NCBI RefSeq assembly: GCF_009914755.1
Contig: NC_060929.1
DNA: 64,000 nucleotides
Direction: 5' to 3' (one strand)
From: the human T2T-CHM13v2.0 reference genome, Homo sapiens
Position numbers and translations under genes: made by a program. Shown here one piece after another: positions 28,491 through 42,433 of this stretch. A model generated the notes under the pieces. It ran no database searches, was not told where the DNA came from, and worked only from the letters and a program-made list of their open reading frames with translations. Position 1 is the first letter of the stretch, and every line of letters starts with the position of its first letter.

Positions 28491-30398
28491 GACTTAATTG
28501 GTTTTCCTTCATGTGGCAATAAATATGACTTTCAATCTCCCTCAAGCCTCACACTCACAATTTCCTTGACTGTTTCTAACCCTGGGAGAGGGCTCTAATT
28601 GATATAGCTCATGTCTGAGGGCTCACCCCTAGACAGTCAAAGAGCAGGCTCCTGGGAGAATATGGCTTTACTGATGGAGCCCCATCTTTGGAGAAGAGGG
28701 AGAAATGATTCCTAAAAAAAGAAAAGCACTATTCACAGGCAGCGGGAACACTGGGAGGCAAAAATAATAGGAGTCTAATACATGCATTGTACCCCCTCTT
28801 TATATGCATACTAGCCAGCTTCCCACCCAAAAAAAATCAAAATAAAGCAAAACTAAACAAATAATGTTTTCTTCTGGAAGAGGGAAAATGTGCATGCTGC
28901 AGTTTTTTCTAGTTGGCTGTCAGTGGTCAGCTGACATTCTTTACTACCCTTTAGCATTCTCTCTAGGCATCTTCAGGTCAAGCAAAAGAAAAGAAATATA
29001 TCACATGCCAGTCATGGTCTTTGGTCAAATTTTGGTGTTCAGCAATAAATTGAACTAAACTCTGTATCTCATTATTTCAACCCATGAGTAAGATTTAGAG
29101 CTCACTCCTTTAAAGCAGGCAGACCACATTCTGGGTTCTTCTCTGATTTAATCAAAGTTTGTAGAAGACATTTGCTGATTTCTGTGAACTAAAATTAATT
29201 ATAAAACACAACTCTTCTCTCTTTTGACAGTTTAGCAGAACTTCCACTGATAATGAAGTCGGTTTTCTTATTCATTAGTAAATCCAGAGCTGTACATGTT
29301 TGGCAGGGAAGATTGTGATAAGTAACTGAATTTCAATTAATGCATCCATTTGACAAGTATTCATTAGCATCTCTATATGCCAGACCCTCTGCCAGGAGGT
29401 AGATACAGTGAGGAATGGTCCCTGATCTCAAGGGGCTCGTGGTTAAGGGGAGAAAACAGATGCATAAACACATAATACTATGCAAAATACAAATATATTC
29501 CAGGGCTCCTGGTGGAGCCAGAGATAAGAAGCAAGCATATCTGCTAAAGAATTAACCAATGATCTTCTCCTTGAAGTACCAGTTTGGAAATGGTTCTCTC
29601 TGCGTCTTTCCTCTTCTCTCCCATCGTCCACCCCACTTCTCCTAGGATAAAACCTAAAGCCTGAACGATATGTCCACAATGCATTCAGACCTACACAGAT
29701 GTCTCTGAAGAAGGTGGTGTCCCAGGGGAACAATGGATGCCACATTTCAGAAGGGGTCAGTGGACCCCCAAGGGAGGATTCTCTATAGGCTGGGAGGAAG
29801 AAGCCTGGAGCAAGAAACCAGATCCCAGTACAGGGCTTGAGGGGAAGAGGGTCTTCCTTGTTCTGGCAAGTCAGTGGCAGTGACTAACTGAGCCAGCCCC
29901 AAGCCCCAAGCCAGTAACCGTGGAAGAGCATAGGAATGGAGAGAATCCTCACCCTACACCCCACAGCACTTCAGAGCTCCAGAAGGCCTCTGTGGCAGAA
30001 GGTAACTGCGCCACTGTGATGCCATGATGGCCAGGAGCAACAGTGGCTGGTGGAGGTGATGGGAGTTGTCACTGCAACAGGACAGAGTTTTCACCCCAGC
30101 GCAGATCTTTCAGGACCAAGTGAAGTAGCCTTCATCCCAGAGGCAGCATTCAGTGCAAAGAGAAGCCGCATGAACTTGCCGGCGCAGGTAAGTCCTCCTT
30201 AGAGACTAGACTCGAGCATTTTGCCAGAATGAAGGGAGCTCCCTTTTGAGGCTTTGGTTCTTACAGTACAACCGCTGAGATGGACGCTCCAGAACACAAC
30301 GAGACATGGAAGATGGTCAACGACTTGCTCTGCTGCCTTTTATTTTGTATTCAATATGGCACAGCATAACACAGAGCTATTTCCCCTACAGGTTCTAT

Positions 30399-30531
30399 TA
30401 GGGTGACCAAATAATTTCCCACCCAAGCCTATAATTTAAAGAATGGAAGAGGGCAACATTAACAACTTCCCTGGGATTATAGATGTAAAATGAGACTATC
30501 CTGGGCAAATGAAACATACATGGCAAGTCTA
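30399..30531. mobile_element. MER94-like hAT-Blackjack element
   Basis: tagggtgaccaaataatt ... gactatcctgggcaaatgaaacatacatgg. Confidence 0.65.
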
Positions 30532-30824
30532 ATGTTATTGCTTTGCTTTTGAGATTTCTTCTTTTTCATATTTCTGGGCTTATATGAAATCTTTCTACTT
30601 GGTAGGGTGGGGTGGGGGTGTTGAACCTGAGACCCGAAGGTATTCCCCACAACCAGGAGGTTGCTTCAAGGAAGGAGGGTGTTCTGTACCTTCTTGTAAC
30701 CTCTCCTGGGACAGACATGATTGGCATCAATGACACCCAATCTTTGGGCCATTACCACGTTTTAGGCAGGCTCAATGAGCAACTGCCTCTCTATTCTTTA
30801 GCAGCAATTTAGTAACCGCATAAT

Positions 30825-31240
30825 TTTAAAAATTGAGATATAATTCACATACCATAAAATTCACCCTTTTAAAATGTACAATTCAGTGTTTTTTAGTATA
30901 TTCATAAAGCTGTACAACCAACTTCACCATCTAATTTGAAAATATTTTCATTACTCCAAAAGAAACCCTATACCTATTAAACAGTCACTTCCCCCAACCC
31001 CTGGCAACCACTAATCTTCTTTCTGTCTCTATAGATTTGCCTATTCTAGACATTCCATATAAATGGAATCATATGATATGTGTCCTTTGTGTCTGGCTTC
31101 TTTCACTCAGCATAATGTTCAAATTTCATCCAAGTTGTAGAATGAATCAGTACTTCATTCCTTTTTACGGTTGAATAATATTCTATTGTATGGATCCGCT
31201 ACATTTTTCCACTCATCAGCTGATGAACATTTGGGTTAGC
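30825..31240 (-). mobile_element. L1MB-type 3' end
   Basis: ttgagatataattcacataccataaaattcacc ... tatagatttgcctattctagacattccatataaatggaatc. Confidence 0.9.
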
Positions 31241-33269
31241 TGCATGATTTTAAACACACACTGCTCATGCTTTACAAGTATCACACCTAATATTTATTTC
31301 AACTTTACAAGCATCATATTTTATGTTATTGCAGACAAGTGAATTTAGCTTTCTGGAAAATATGCACACATACTGTGCTATGGCTTACTTTAGAATAATC
31401 ATTAATCATTCTATCTGTGTTTGTTGCCATCTTTTTCTCAAAGGAGGAGGGAAAAATATTTGCATGTATGGAGAGTGTTAGAGGGACCTGTGAAACTATA
31501 AAGGAGAACTCACCAAGGGTCTAGGGAAATAGAACACCCCAAAATGTTTCAGGATCCTATGCAGGGACTAGAGTTCCCATGTGAGCACACGACACTGGAG
31601 CTAGCGGAGTCCAGGGTAAGAATGAATGCAGTGTCCCCCCACAGGCTGTAATTCAGATGACAAAAAAGGAAGCTCTAATGTGCTTTGGGAGGAAAAAGGA
31701 GGGAAGGGAGAGCAAGGACTGCCATGCTGAGGAGACAGCTTCAATAAAGCACAGAAGGCAGCCAGGAGAACACAGAGGGCAAGCATTTTAGGGAGAAGGA
31801 TGAGCACGTACAGCAGCTCAGAGGTGTGAGAGAGCTGATCCCTGCCTCCACTCTATTTGGGGGGCTCTCAAGCAGATCATTCATCCAGATGTCCAGACAC
31901 TGGAAACCGCCAGATGACAGGATTAACCCAGGATGATTTTAGTGGCATTCCATCCTAAAAACACTCCATTTCATTCATGCACATTATGTGCGCTGACATG
32001 ATTCACAAGGCTGGGGAGTCACAGGCTATCAATGTCACAGCAGCGACATCTACATGATGCAAATCAGGTAGCGTGGAATGTAAGCAGTGATCACAGCGAT
32101 GTCATGGCCATCTTTCTAGAAAGGCACTATGTTGTCAATGTCCTCAATCGTTTGTATATTTCAGTGGAAAACAACTGTTGGGTTGAACTGCAGATGAGAA
32201 GAATAATATATGTTAAATATGTGTGTATACATATATATGTATCTTTGCACGTCTTCTTTAAATCATTGTGCTCTTCGAGTGATGACATATTTATTATGAA
32301 ATATTACTACAGGTTAGATCTGGGGTGATCCAAACAAGTGATCTACAGGTAAATGTAGTCAAAACCAAGGACTCCTGGGAGGGGAGAGGATGAAGAGGAA
32401 AATGGAAGGGTTGATAGAAGGCAGATTATTAACACCATCAAATCCAATCTAAGAGCCTTGGGCTTTACCCTCTTAGGCCAGGGTTCTCAAACATTAGTGT
32501 TTGATTCCTCTGGAGAGCTTATCTAATGCCTATTTCCAAGGACCTCCCTCTGATTGTCTGGTGAATGGGCTTATGAAGTCACTGAGCATTTCTAAGCAAA
32601 GAAGTGTCCATTTTTTTCCAAGATATATTTGAGATTTCTTACACTTTAAGTTTTTCAAAGGCATATATTTTCTCAACCTCTGAAACTCTGGTGCCCAACA
32701 GTTCTTCAGTGATGTTTGTTGAATGGCTGAATGATCATTCTGGCTATCAGTACCAGTGTGGGGTTCAGGCTGAAGATGGTGGAACTGGAGGCAAGATTGA
32801 TGAGGCTGTAGCCCAGTGAGCGAGGCTGTGGTCTGAACAAGGACTGTGGCCAACAGACAGACAGAGAGACAGACAAGGACAGAGGATCTTGTTGTCTGAC
32901 TCTCAAGAGGATTTTAGGGAAAAAAAAGTGAGAATCAGTGATCAGGGCAGAGCAGGATCAATGGCCTTCCCACTAGCCCATGTGCTTCAGCCAAAGCCCA
33001 CAAGCACCCAGTGTCATAGGGTGGAGAACCTGCCCAGATGGGATCTAGAAACAACCCAGATACAGTAGACTTTTTACCTTAAACCAGAGACTCCTAACTG
33101 CTCTGAGGCTAGGCTGAGGCCACTGACGCCAGGCAAGGGATGAGGGTGAGGGCAGAAGACAGGGTCTGGTACCAGGAGGCAGGGATAGATGGGAGGAGAG
33201 ATATGAAGAGGGAGTAGGAGGACAGCTTAGTCATGGGAGACAGACTCATGAAAACAGTTTGTCTTTAGA

Positions 33270-33500
33270 GGCTGTGGCTGTAGTAGAAAGAACATGCATT
33301 TTTAAATTGAACAAACTCAGCCTGGAGACCTGGCTCCATCCTTACCAGTGTGTTGTTGGCCTTGGCAAATCGTGGAATGCGAATGCCTGGAAACCTGTTT
33401 GCTCACCTGTAAAACAGAGATACAGATAATTCCTTCACGGGATACTTTAATTAAAGGTGAGTGACACATATAACATAGCCTGACATCCAGTAGGTGATGA
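33270..33500 (+). mobile_element. MIR SINE
   Basis: gtagtagaaagaacatg ... ccttggcaaat ... tttgctcacctgtaaaacagaga. Confidence 0.7.
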
Positions 33501-34509
33501 ATTAGCGTTTCTTGTTTTATTGTTTTGAAGTATTTGAAGCAGACATTATAGGGTAGCCAATAATATACGAAGCATTCATTAGTCACCACCTACCACTGTG
33601 AAACCCGGACTTTTGCTTGATTCCTTCTGATGTACTTTTAGAGACATCAACCACTACACATATGGTTGGCTCTCCCTGGCTACCCCTACTTGATTGGATT
33701 TCCACCTTCTCTGAAGGTGGTGACACTGTTGCATGCTTACCATGAAAAGATAGGTCTCCAAAACTGTACAGCTTTGAGTTGTGCATGTGTTTAAACTTGA
33801 TATAACAGCATCCTAATATTTACATCTTTCTGCAGCTTACTTTTCACAGTCAACATGGTTTTTGAGATACAGGTAGCTCTAGTTCATTAGTGGTCATTCC
33901 CGAGCAATAATCTGCTGCGTAATCATGACGCAGTTGATTTACCAATTCGCCTAATGACCAGCTTTCAGGCTTTTGCTCAGTTATCACTAGCAGAAGAATT
34001 GCCAAGATGACCATGTTCCCCCATATCGCCTGGTAAGCATGTGCTGTAAATGAGTTTTATTGCTTCACGCCAACAATAGATTTTGCCTGGCTTTGTTATT
34101 TGTGCCCATCTGATGAGTGTCATTTCTTTTTTTAAGAAAAAATAGATAGTAACAGGATCCGTACCTCTGGATTTTCTAGGACTAAGTCAAGTATAGTGTC
34201 TCATTGTCTCCCCGGTAACAATCGTGCTGCTTAGAAATGGTAGTGATTATTTAGATAAAGAGCTCTGGCCACTGTGCATGGAGATCCCAGTATACTGGGA
34301 GGGTGGGGAGGGCTGGGCAGAAGATGACACTTGGGGAGGGCATCGTCTTTTCCAACCTTGACCCTGTTTTTGCATGTGTTCTTAATATGCTGATATAATT
34401 CTTGTACCCTGGATGTTTTGATCTTCTCTGAGACTGACCATGGGGGGAAAGATGAATTTCTTTAAATCAAAAGACTTTGGGTTTAGTTTGTTTCTCCTTA
34501 TTGTCCTTT

Positions 34510-35065
<556 letters not shown>

Positions 35066-35194
35066 TTTAAATGTTTTATAAGCCAGGGAGCTTTCATCTT
35101 CTCTTTCTTTAATCTCTGTCATTTGATTTTACAGTAAGAATGTAAGCAAAAACAGAACGATGCAATTGTATTACATAATATATTTACTAGTTTG

Positions 35195-35329
35195 CTCTAT
35201 TTTTATTTTTTGTGGAGATGGGGTCTCTTTTTTTGATCAGGCTGGCCTTGAACTCCTAGCCTCAAGCAATCCTCCCACCTCAGCCTCCCAAAGTGCTAGG
35301 ATTACAGGTGTGAGCCACAATGCCCAGCC
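35195..35329 (-). mobile_element. FLAM-type left Alu monomer
   Basis: gaactcctagcctcaagcaatcctcccacctcagcc; approximate TSD tatttact(a/t)gttt. Confidence 0.88.
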
Positions 35330-36063
35330 TATTTACTTGTTTTTAAAATGTGGTTATAAAACATCTTAGGCTACATATGGCAGGAAAAGTAGAATAGACT
35401 TTCTATTCTATTCTAGAATAAAGTAGAATGTAATTTTAAAATTAGGAGACTCCAATTAAGTCACTCTAGGATATTACAGAGATGAATGAGATAGCATCCC
35501 AGTCTTTGGGGAGCTCAGGTCCTGGTGCAGGGGATGCAGACAGGATGAGGAGGAACTAACGGGCTGCTTCTTCCGCCATGGAGGCCCCTCCACCCACCCC
35601 CATAGCACAGTGGGGATTGGTGTCCCTGCAAAGCTGAATCCCTGAGTCTGAGTATCTAGTGGGTCAGGAGCCAGGCAAGTAACAGGATGGAAAAAACACA
35701 ACCAGCCATGGAGGTGAAGGAGGGGCCTGGCATGTGTAGACTCCACCTAAACGTGACTGTAACTGACCAGGGCCTTGAAGGATACAGGTCCAGGGTGCCA
35801 AATCTTTAAGAGGGATTTTCAAGAGGAGCCAACATCCACTCTTGGTGGTGGCAGGGGGTGAGAGCGGAGGGTAGGATTAGGATTAAAACCTCCCGCTAAA
35901 AACTGTGAGATAATTTCTGCTGTTTAAGCCACCCAGTCTGAGATATTTGTTACAACAACTTTAGCAAACTAATCCAGCTGGGATCTGAACCCAGGCTTCT
36001 TTGACACCTCCAGGTTAATCGGCCTCCCAGATTAAAAAAAAAAAAAAATCTGATGGAATATCT

Positions 36064-36145
36064 AGTAGCCAGATTGAGCAAATAAAAATACAGGACACTC
36101 AGTTACATTTGAAAGGTAGCTCTAACTACTGAATTTTTCTAACTT
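36064..36145. mobile_element. MER53-like DNA transposon fragment
   Basis: gccagattgagcaaataaaaatacaggacactcagttacatttgaa. Confidence 0.7.
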
Positions 36146-36539
36146 ATTGTAGGAAGCCGAGTATAGAGCATTTAGGGAACCCTGACAAAGTCAATACAGG
36201 ATAAATTCACTAAATATAGGACATGCCCCATCCATACAAGATACCTGATCACCCTAACTGGAGGGGATCCTAGAACTCCAGGCTCCTGGCTTCATGCCAA
36301 CACCATTTCCAGTAGTACGATTTACCAACAAAAGGGTTTGATGATTAATTGAAGCAAACGCCTTGAGCACCCATTCCCACTGAGTTGCACCAGACCAGAC
36401 TGTCCTGGAATGAATGACAAGGGCAGGACTTCACCAGTAAGTGAGGGAGCTCCTTCTGAAGTTTATCTGTTGAGGGAGCTCGGGTATCTAGGTCTGAGCA
36501 TGATAAAGTTTTCCCAGGACACTTTTCTTCTCTTGTTAG

Positions 36540-37150
36540 GAAAGCAAATGTAGCAGGAAAAGCCTGTGTTTCATTTCGAAGGCAATTTTACAGCATCTAA
36601 CACAATTTAAAATCTATCATCCACTAATTCCACTTCTCCATATCCACCCTAGAGATGCATCCCCATGTGTGGCCCCAGAGGCATACGTAAGAATGTACAG
36701 TGGAAAACTGAGAACAATGGGAGATGGGGTGTTAAAAACGAGTACAGTTGTAAAATGGAATAACACACAGCTATTAAAAAGGATGAGGGACTTCTCTAGC
36801 ATCCATATGGATAGGTGTCCAAGATATATCGTTAGAAGACAAAACAAGCTGTAGAAAGAGTGAATAGCAGAATAACACACGCTAGACACACACAATAAAA
36901 ATGCTGTAAATATATTATAAGTAGATAACTTCGTATATAAATGAGTAAAAAAAGTTCTGACAAGCAATCTTTCAAAGTGATAACCAGTGGAGCAAACACA
37001 TCTTTGCAGATGGGAAGAAGCCAAGATTGCACTGAGGGGCGGGTGTCAAAGAAGGCTTTAGCTTTACGTATAACGTTGTGCATTTTAAAAGGGAAATATT
37101 TCTATCTCTTATGTAATTACAACTTTTTTGAAAGACGAAAAGCACGAATT
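36540..37150 (+). mobile_element. L1ME-type 3' fragment
   Basis: gaaggcaatttt ... ccactaattccacttctccatatccaccctagaga ... aatggaataacacacagctattaaaaagga. Confidence 0.7.
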
Positions 37151-37215
37151 TTGTAATCAGACAATTGAAGGTGAGTCCTACTTCTGTCACTCACTGGCTG
37201 TGTAGCTTCAGCTAC

Positions 37216-37692
37216 TGTTATAGGCTGAATAATGACCCCCAAGATGTCCACATCCCAATCCCTGGAACTTGTGAATGTTACCTTAAATGGCAAAAGGGAC
37301 TTTGCAGATGTGATTAAGTTGAAGATCTTGAGATGAAGAGATTGCCTTGGATTGTCAGGGTGGGCCCTAAATGTAATCACAAGTGCCCTTATAAAGTGAG
37401 CAGGAGGGAGATTCAATTACAGAAAAGGAAGAAGGGAACATGATGAGGAAAGCAGGGGAAAAAACACAAAATGAGGGGGCAGGGAGAAAGAGCCAAGGAA
37501 TGAGGTTGCCCCAGAAGCTTGAAAAGGCAAGGAAACAGGTTCTCCCATAGAGCCTTAGAGCCCAGCTGACACCTCGATTTTGGCCAAGTGAACCCCATTT
37601 CAGAACTATAGAACTTCAAATGAATAAATGTGTGTTGCTTTTATGCCACTGTTTGTGATCATTTGTTATAGCAGCAGTAGGAATCTAATACA
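37216..37692 (+). mobile_element. MaLR MLT1D solo LTR
   Basis: tgttataggctgaataatgacccccaagatgtccacatcc ... tttgttatagcagcagtaggaatctaataca. Confidence 0.92.
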
Positions 37693-38899
37693 GCACATTA
37701 CTTAATGTTCCTGAGCCCCCATTTGTCCATCTTCCAAGTGGAGATGGTTTATTGACTTTACAGGCTGCTGGGAGTCAGAGCTCACATTGATTTGGCATTA
37801 GTATTGCCATGGTTGTAGCTAACATTGCACGGACTCTTATTCTCTGCCTACTGACATCCCTGTCAAGGCTTTGAAGAAGGAGGTGCCTGCTGAGAACTCA
37901 CAGGCATGATGACCCAAACCAAGCCCATGCACTGAACAATGGAACTAACCAGCCTCCTAGTACAGAGCCTGTCCCATGGCTGGTGCCCAGGAAAAATTGT
38001 AATGAGGACATGACTGTTTAAGAGATGCAGGTGGAAATCTGTAAAACAATAATACAAGAAAATCTCCATTTAGGAGCAGCTGTCGCCTGGACCTGCTCTC
38101 ACGTCCTGGTGCTCTCCTCTTGCATTTCAAGACTGACCATCTCTGTTACAGAAAATTTGAAATCAGCTTAATCACGGCTTCCATCGTACAAGTTGACTAA
38201 TTTTTACCATATTTGATTATCATCATTGCCTAGTGCAGGAATGAGCTCAATTTCTGTGTTCAGTGAATTACATCCCTCTCGGGTGCAAACACTGGCATTG
38301 AACTAGAAGAATGTGGTGTCATTTTTGCTGTCATTGCCACAGCCTTTCAGTCTCTGATGGGATGGACTGTTCCTGTAAACAGAGAAGGAAGATCCTCCTG
38401 ACATCTGGGAGAGCCATGTATGGTCAAGAGGCAGAGAGGGTCCCAGGAGGCTTCCTGAGAAGTCCGCAGTTTATTGTTTATGTCATGAAGAAGACAAAGT
38501 CAAAGTCATTTCCTCCCTGATCTGTCACAACCCCCAAGCATCAGGAGGGCTGGGCTCAGCAGGAGCAACAGCTTGGAGACATCCAAGCCATGAGCTCAGA
38601 CAGGAAACCATCATCTCATGTCAGAATCCATCTAAAATGAGCCTGGGCTGTTCGGCATTGACACACCTGTGCTTTATCAGCAAAAATCTTCACTACAGGC
38701 ACAGAATATACCAGGTTCAGGGACTTTGCAAATCTGTGACTGATTTTTGCTCTGCTGAGAAGCCATTAACTTACATATTATTCCTTTCTTTTGTGTAAGT
38801 TCTCTTCAGCCCAGTCTTCATGTGGACTCAGGATGATTTCAGTTAGAGTAAATGACTTGTCTTAAATAAAAATATGTTGGCTGGTGGGGAAGAGAGTGA

Positions 38900-39485
38900 T
38901 TAAAAAGAGAAGGGCGATGACCTGGAAATTCCACTCCTGGGTAGTATGTATCCAAAAGGATGAAAGTAGAATCTCAAAGAGATATTTGCACACCCATGTT
39001 TATAGCAGCAGTATTCACAATAGCCAAAAGGTGGGAACAACCAAATGTCCATGATCAGATGAATGGATTCACAAAATGTGGTATACACATCCAGTGGAAT
39101 ATTCTCCAGCATTAAAACAGAAGAAAGTCCTGACCTACACTACGACATGGAGAAAGCTCAAGGACATATGCTTAGTGAAATAAGCCAGACACAAAACGAC
39201 AAATATTGTATGATTCTTCCTATAGGAGGTCCTAGTGTAGGCAAGTTCATGTAGACAGAAAGCAGAATGGTGGTTGCCAGGGCCTGGAGAGTGAAGAAAA
39301 AGGGGAGTTAGTGTTTAATGGGTACCGAGTTTCAGTTGGGGAAGATGAAGAAATTCTGGAGCTGGATGGTGGTGATGGCTGCAGAACAACGTAAAGATAC
39401 TTAATGACCCCAAGCTATAAACTTAAAAAGGTTAAGATGGTAAGTTCTACGTTATGTCTGTGTTATTTATGTTTTACTATAATAG
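38900..39485 (+). mobile_element. L1MB-type 3' fragment
   Basis: agagatatttgcacacccatgtttatagcagcagtattcacaatagcc ... gggaagatgaagaaattctggag. Confidence 0.9.
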
Positions 39486-39529
39486 AAAGAGAGACAGTAG
39501 AGTGGTTGAGGAGAGCAGGGAATTGGAAT

Positions 39530-40108
39530 TGCTTGCACTGGGGTGGAGTTCATGCTTGGCTGCTCATTGCAATCACATGGGAAGTTTGAAAACTCTTAAT
39601 GCCCAGGCGGCACCCCAGACCAATTCCATCAGCATCTGTGATTCATAAGCTTCTGGGTGATTCCAGTGGACAGCTGTAATAGTCCACACTGCTATAAAGA
39701 AATACCTGAGACTGGATAATTTATAAGAAAAGAAGTTTACTTGGCTCATATTTCTGCAGGCTGTGCAGGAAGCATAGTGGCGCCTGCCTCTGGGGAGGTC
39801 TCAGGAAACTTACAGTCATGGAAGAAGGCAAAGGGGAAGCAGGCACACCTTACATGGCCGGAGCAGGTGGAAGGGCTGGGGAGGTGCCACACCACACTTT
39901 AAACAAACAGATCTCATAAGAACTCACTCACTATACAGTGCCAAGTGGGGGAATTGTGATAAACCATTCATGAGAACTCTGCCTCCGTGATCCAATCACC
40001 TCCCACCAGGCCCCACCTCCAACACTGAGGATTACAATTTGACATGAGATTTGGGTGGGGACACAGACCCAAACCGTTTCAGCAGTGAAGGTGAATAACC
40101 ACTGCTCT
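39530..40108. mobile_element. MER5-type element split by an MST LTR
   Basis: gcaatcacatgggaagtttgaaaac ... ggtgattcc [LTR] ggtgaataaccactgctctag. Confidence 0.65.
39675..40081 (-). mobile_element. MaLR MSTA/MSTB solo LTR
   Basis: ctgctataaagaaatacctgagactggataatttataag ... catgagatttgggtggggacacagacccaaaccgtttca. Confidence 0.93.
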
Positions 40109-41852
40109 AGATCCTTGCTCCCCAAAGTCCAGCCATCAGAGAATTGTGAGAAGAAAGCCGCCACTTCCTGGGCCCCTGCTGTGTGCTCAGTTCCTCACAT
40201 TATTTCTGTGAACCAGCAGCAGTCTTCATACATAGTAGGGGTAGGGTGCATCCTGGCCTCCCCAGCCTGGGACAGCTCTGATGTACAGTAGCGTTATCAA
40301 TCGATCTCCCTTTCCCTCTCAGAAGTGTTTCAATATAGATGAGAGACTATATGAGCACCTGCCTATGAAGAAGCAAACCCTGAGAGAGATTTGGAAATGT
40401 ACCCTAGCCTATGCAGCTATTAAGAGGTAAAACTGAGACTCGACTTGGGTTTTCTGATTCCCAAAGCCCTTGCTCTCTTGGCCCAGTGACTATGTAGCTG
40501 CTTGCCTAGGGACCAGATTCAGAAATCCATTTTCCAGGGCAAACAGAATGATTGGATTTTTCTTAGAGAATTTAAAACTAGAATTTCTCTCTCCTTTCTC
40601 TTAACCATAGGTAAATGGTGGAGACTGGGAATCAAATGACCACTGAGTTGTCCTGTTAGTATTACTGAGCACCTACTATTTGTCAGATGCTGCTTCAAGC
40701 CCTGGGAGACAGCAGTGATAAAATTATCCTTATACCCGTGGAGTATGACAACACAGAACAGAGTCACCTATCCCTCGTGATGAAGGTGTGAAAGAAAACA
40801 AGGTGTGCTGAGAGACGAATGGGGAGGAGATTAGTGAAAATTCTCTGGGGAAGTGACATTTAACCCAAGATCTGAAGGAGTAGAAAGAGCCGGCTAGGGA
40901 ATCTGTCTTCACTTTATCAGCACCTATTTTTTTTTTTTTTGCCTTAACAATAAAACTGATTTTCTACTTGTTAAGCCCATTGCTTGTAAAAATGTGGCTC
41001 ATGTTTCATAGGCTTCCCTGGTGAAACCTGACTCTGAATTTATAAGACGATTCAGTTAGAGATGGCTGGGGCTGACAGAGGAAAGCAAGCTCTAAAGTCA
41101 ATACCCCTTGCCCTGCCTCAGCACCAAGACCGCCAGGTATGAAAGCTCAGGACAAGTGACTTGGCCTAAGACTCAACAACATCATCTGTAAAATGGGGAT
41201 GATAACCTTAGCATCATCACTTTGAGGAGGATGTCCGGATGAATTAAATATTATCTGACAATATTAGCTTTGCAGCTGTTCCCCTGTCCTTGAAAAAATC
41301 TCTGTATACAAAGAGGAAAATTTCAACCACTGCCATTAGGTGTCTCCTCTGGGTAGTTCTATTTGTGCAACAGCACTGTTGAAAACCACCAGCAACAGCA
41401 ACACATGTGCTTCTCATCTAATGGGAAATCTGGTTCCCCCTTCACCTTAAGCTCTTTGAATAAAAAGTGCTCACATGGAGTTGAATTCCAATAGTCCAAA
41501 GAGAAAGAGCCTGTGGCTGTTCTGGCTGTTGCTGGTACCTGGCATTTGGGAGCTGATAGTGGTGACAAAAAGGCAGCCCAGGTTGTCTTTGTATCCCTGG
41601 AGCATAGGAATGTGGACACACCTGCTTGGGGCTGAAGCGTAGCTCTCAATGCTGTGCTCGGTGCCAGCTCAATTGCTGCTTCCTATGCCCACTGAAGGAG
41701 GAGGATTTCTGCGTCAAATGAAAGGTGTTTTTATTTTTTAAATTTTATATTGAGGTGTAAATTGCATGGAGGAGAAACGTATCTCAATAAATTTTCACAA
41801 AGTGAACACCTTCATGTACCATTACCTAGTCCGGCAAGTGGAAGATTATTAG

Positions 41853-42063
41853 CACCCTAGATGCCTCCTGAAGCCCACCTTAGACATCTCCCCATGCCCA
41901 CCCTAGAAAACTCCCTAAGTCCACCCTAGAAACCTATCCAAGTCCACCATAGACATCTATGCCCATCCTAGAAACCTCCTCAAGCTCACCCTCGACACGT
42001 CCCATGCTCCCATGCCCACCCGAGATACCCCGCCAAGTCTCCCACAGATACCACCCCAATGTC
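41853..42063. repeat. Degenerate ~23-bp minisatellite (~9 copies)
   Basis: CACCCTAGA-type cores at 41853, 41876, 41899, 41922, 41945, 41964, 41987, 42017, ~42040. Confidence 0.85.
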
Positions 42064-42109
42064 TCCCCCACCACTAACACCTTCCTCTTCCCCAAATTAC
42101 CCTTGACTT

Positions 42110-42433
42110 CTTTTTCTTTTTTTCTTTTCTTTTTTTTTTTTTCCTTTTTTGAGACAGAGTCTTGCTCTGCTGCCCAGGCTTGAGTGCAGTGGTACGATCT
42201 TGACTCACTGCAACCTCCACCTCCCGATTCAAACGATTCTCCTGCCTCAGCCTCCCGAGTAGCTGGGATTACAGGCACCCGTTACCATGCCTGGCTAATT
42301 TTTGTATTTTTAATAGAGATGGGGTTTCACCATATTGGCCAGGCTGGTCTGGAACTCCTGATTTCAGGTGATCCACCTGGCTTGGCCTCCCAAAGTGTAA
42401 TCCTATTACAGGTGTGAGCCACTGCGCCCAGCC
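42110..42433 (-). mobile_element. AluS-type SINE
   Basis: Full antisense Alu; flanking ttgacttct on both sides. Confidence 0.96.

Noticed and set aside
41853-42063. CRISPR-like reading of the core-plus-spacer array
   Set aside because: Core only 9 nt, spacers related to one another, eukaryotic context, no cas genes
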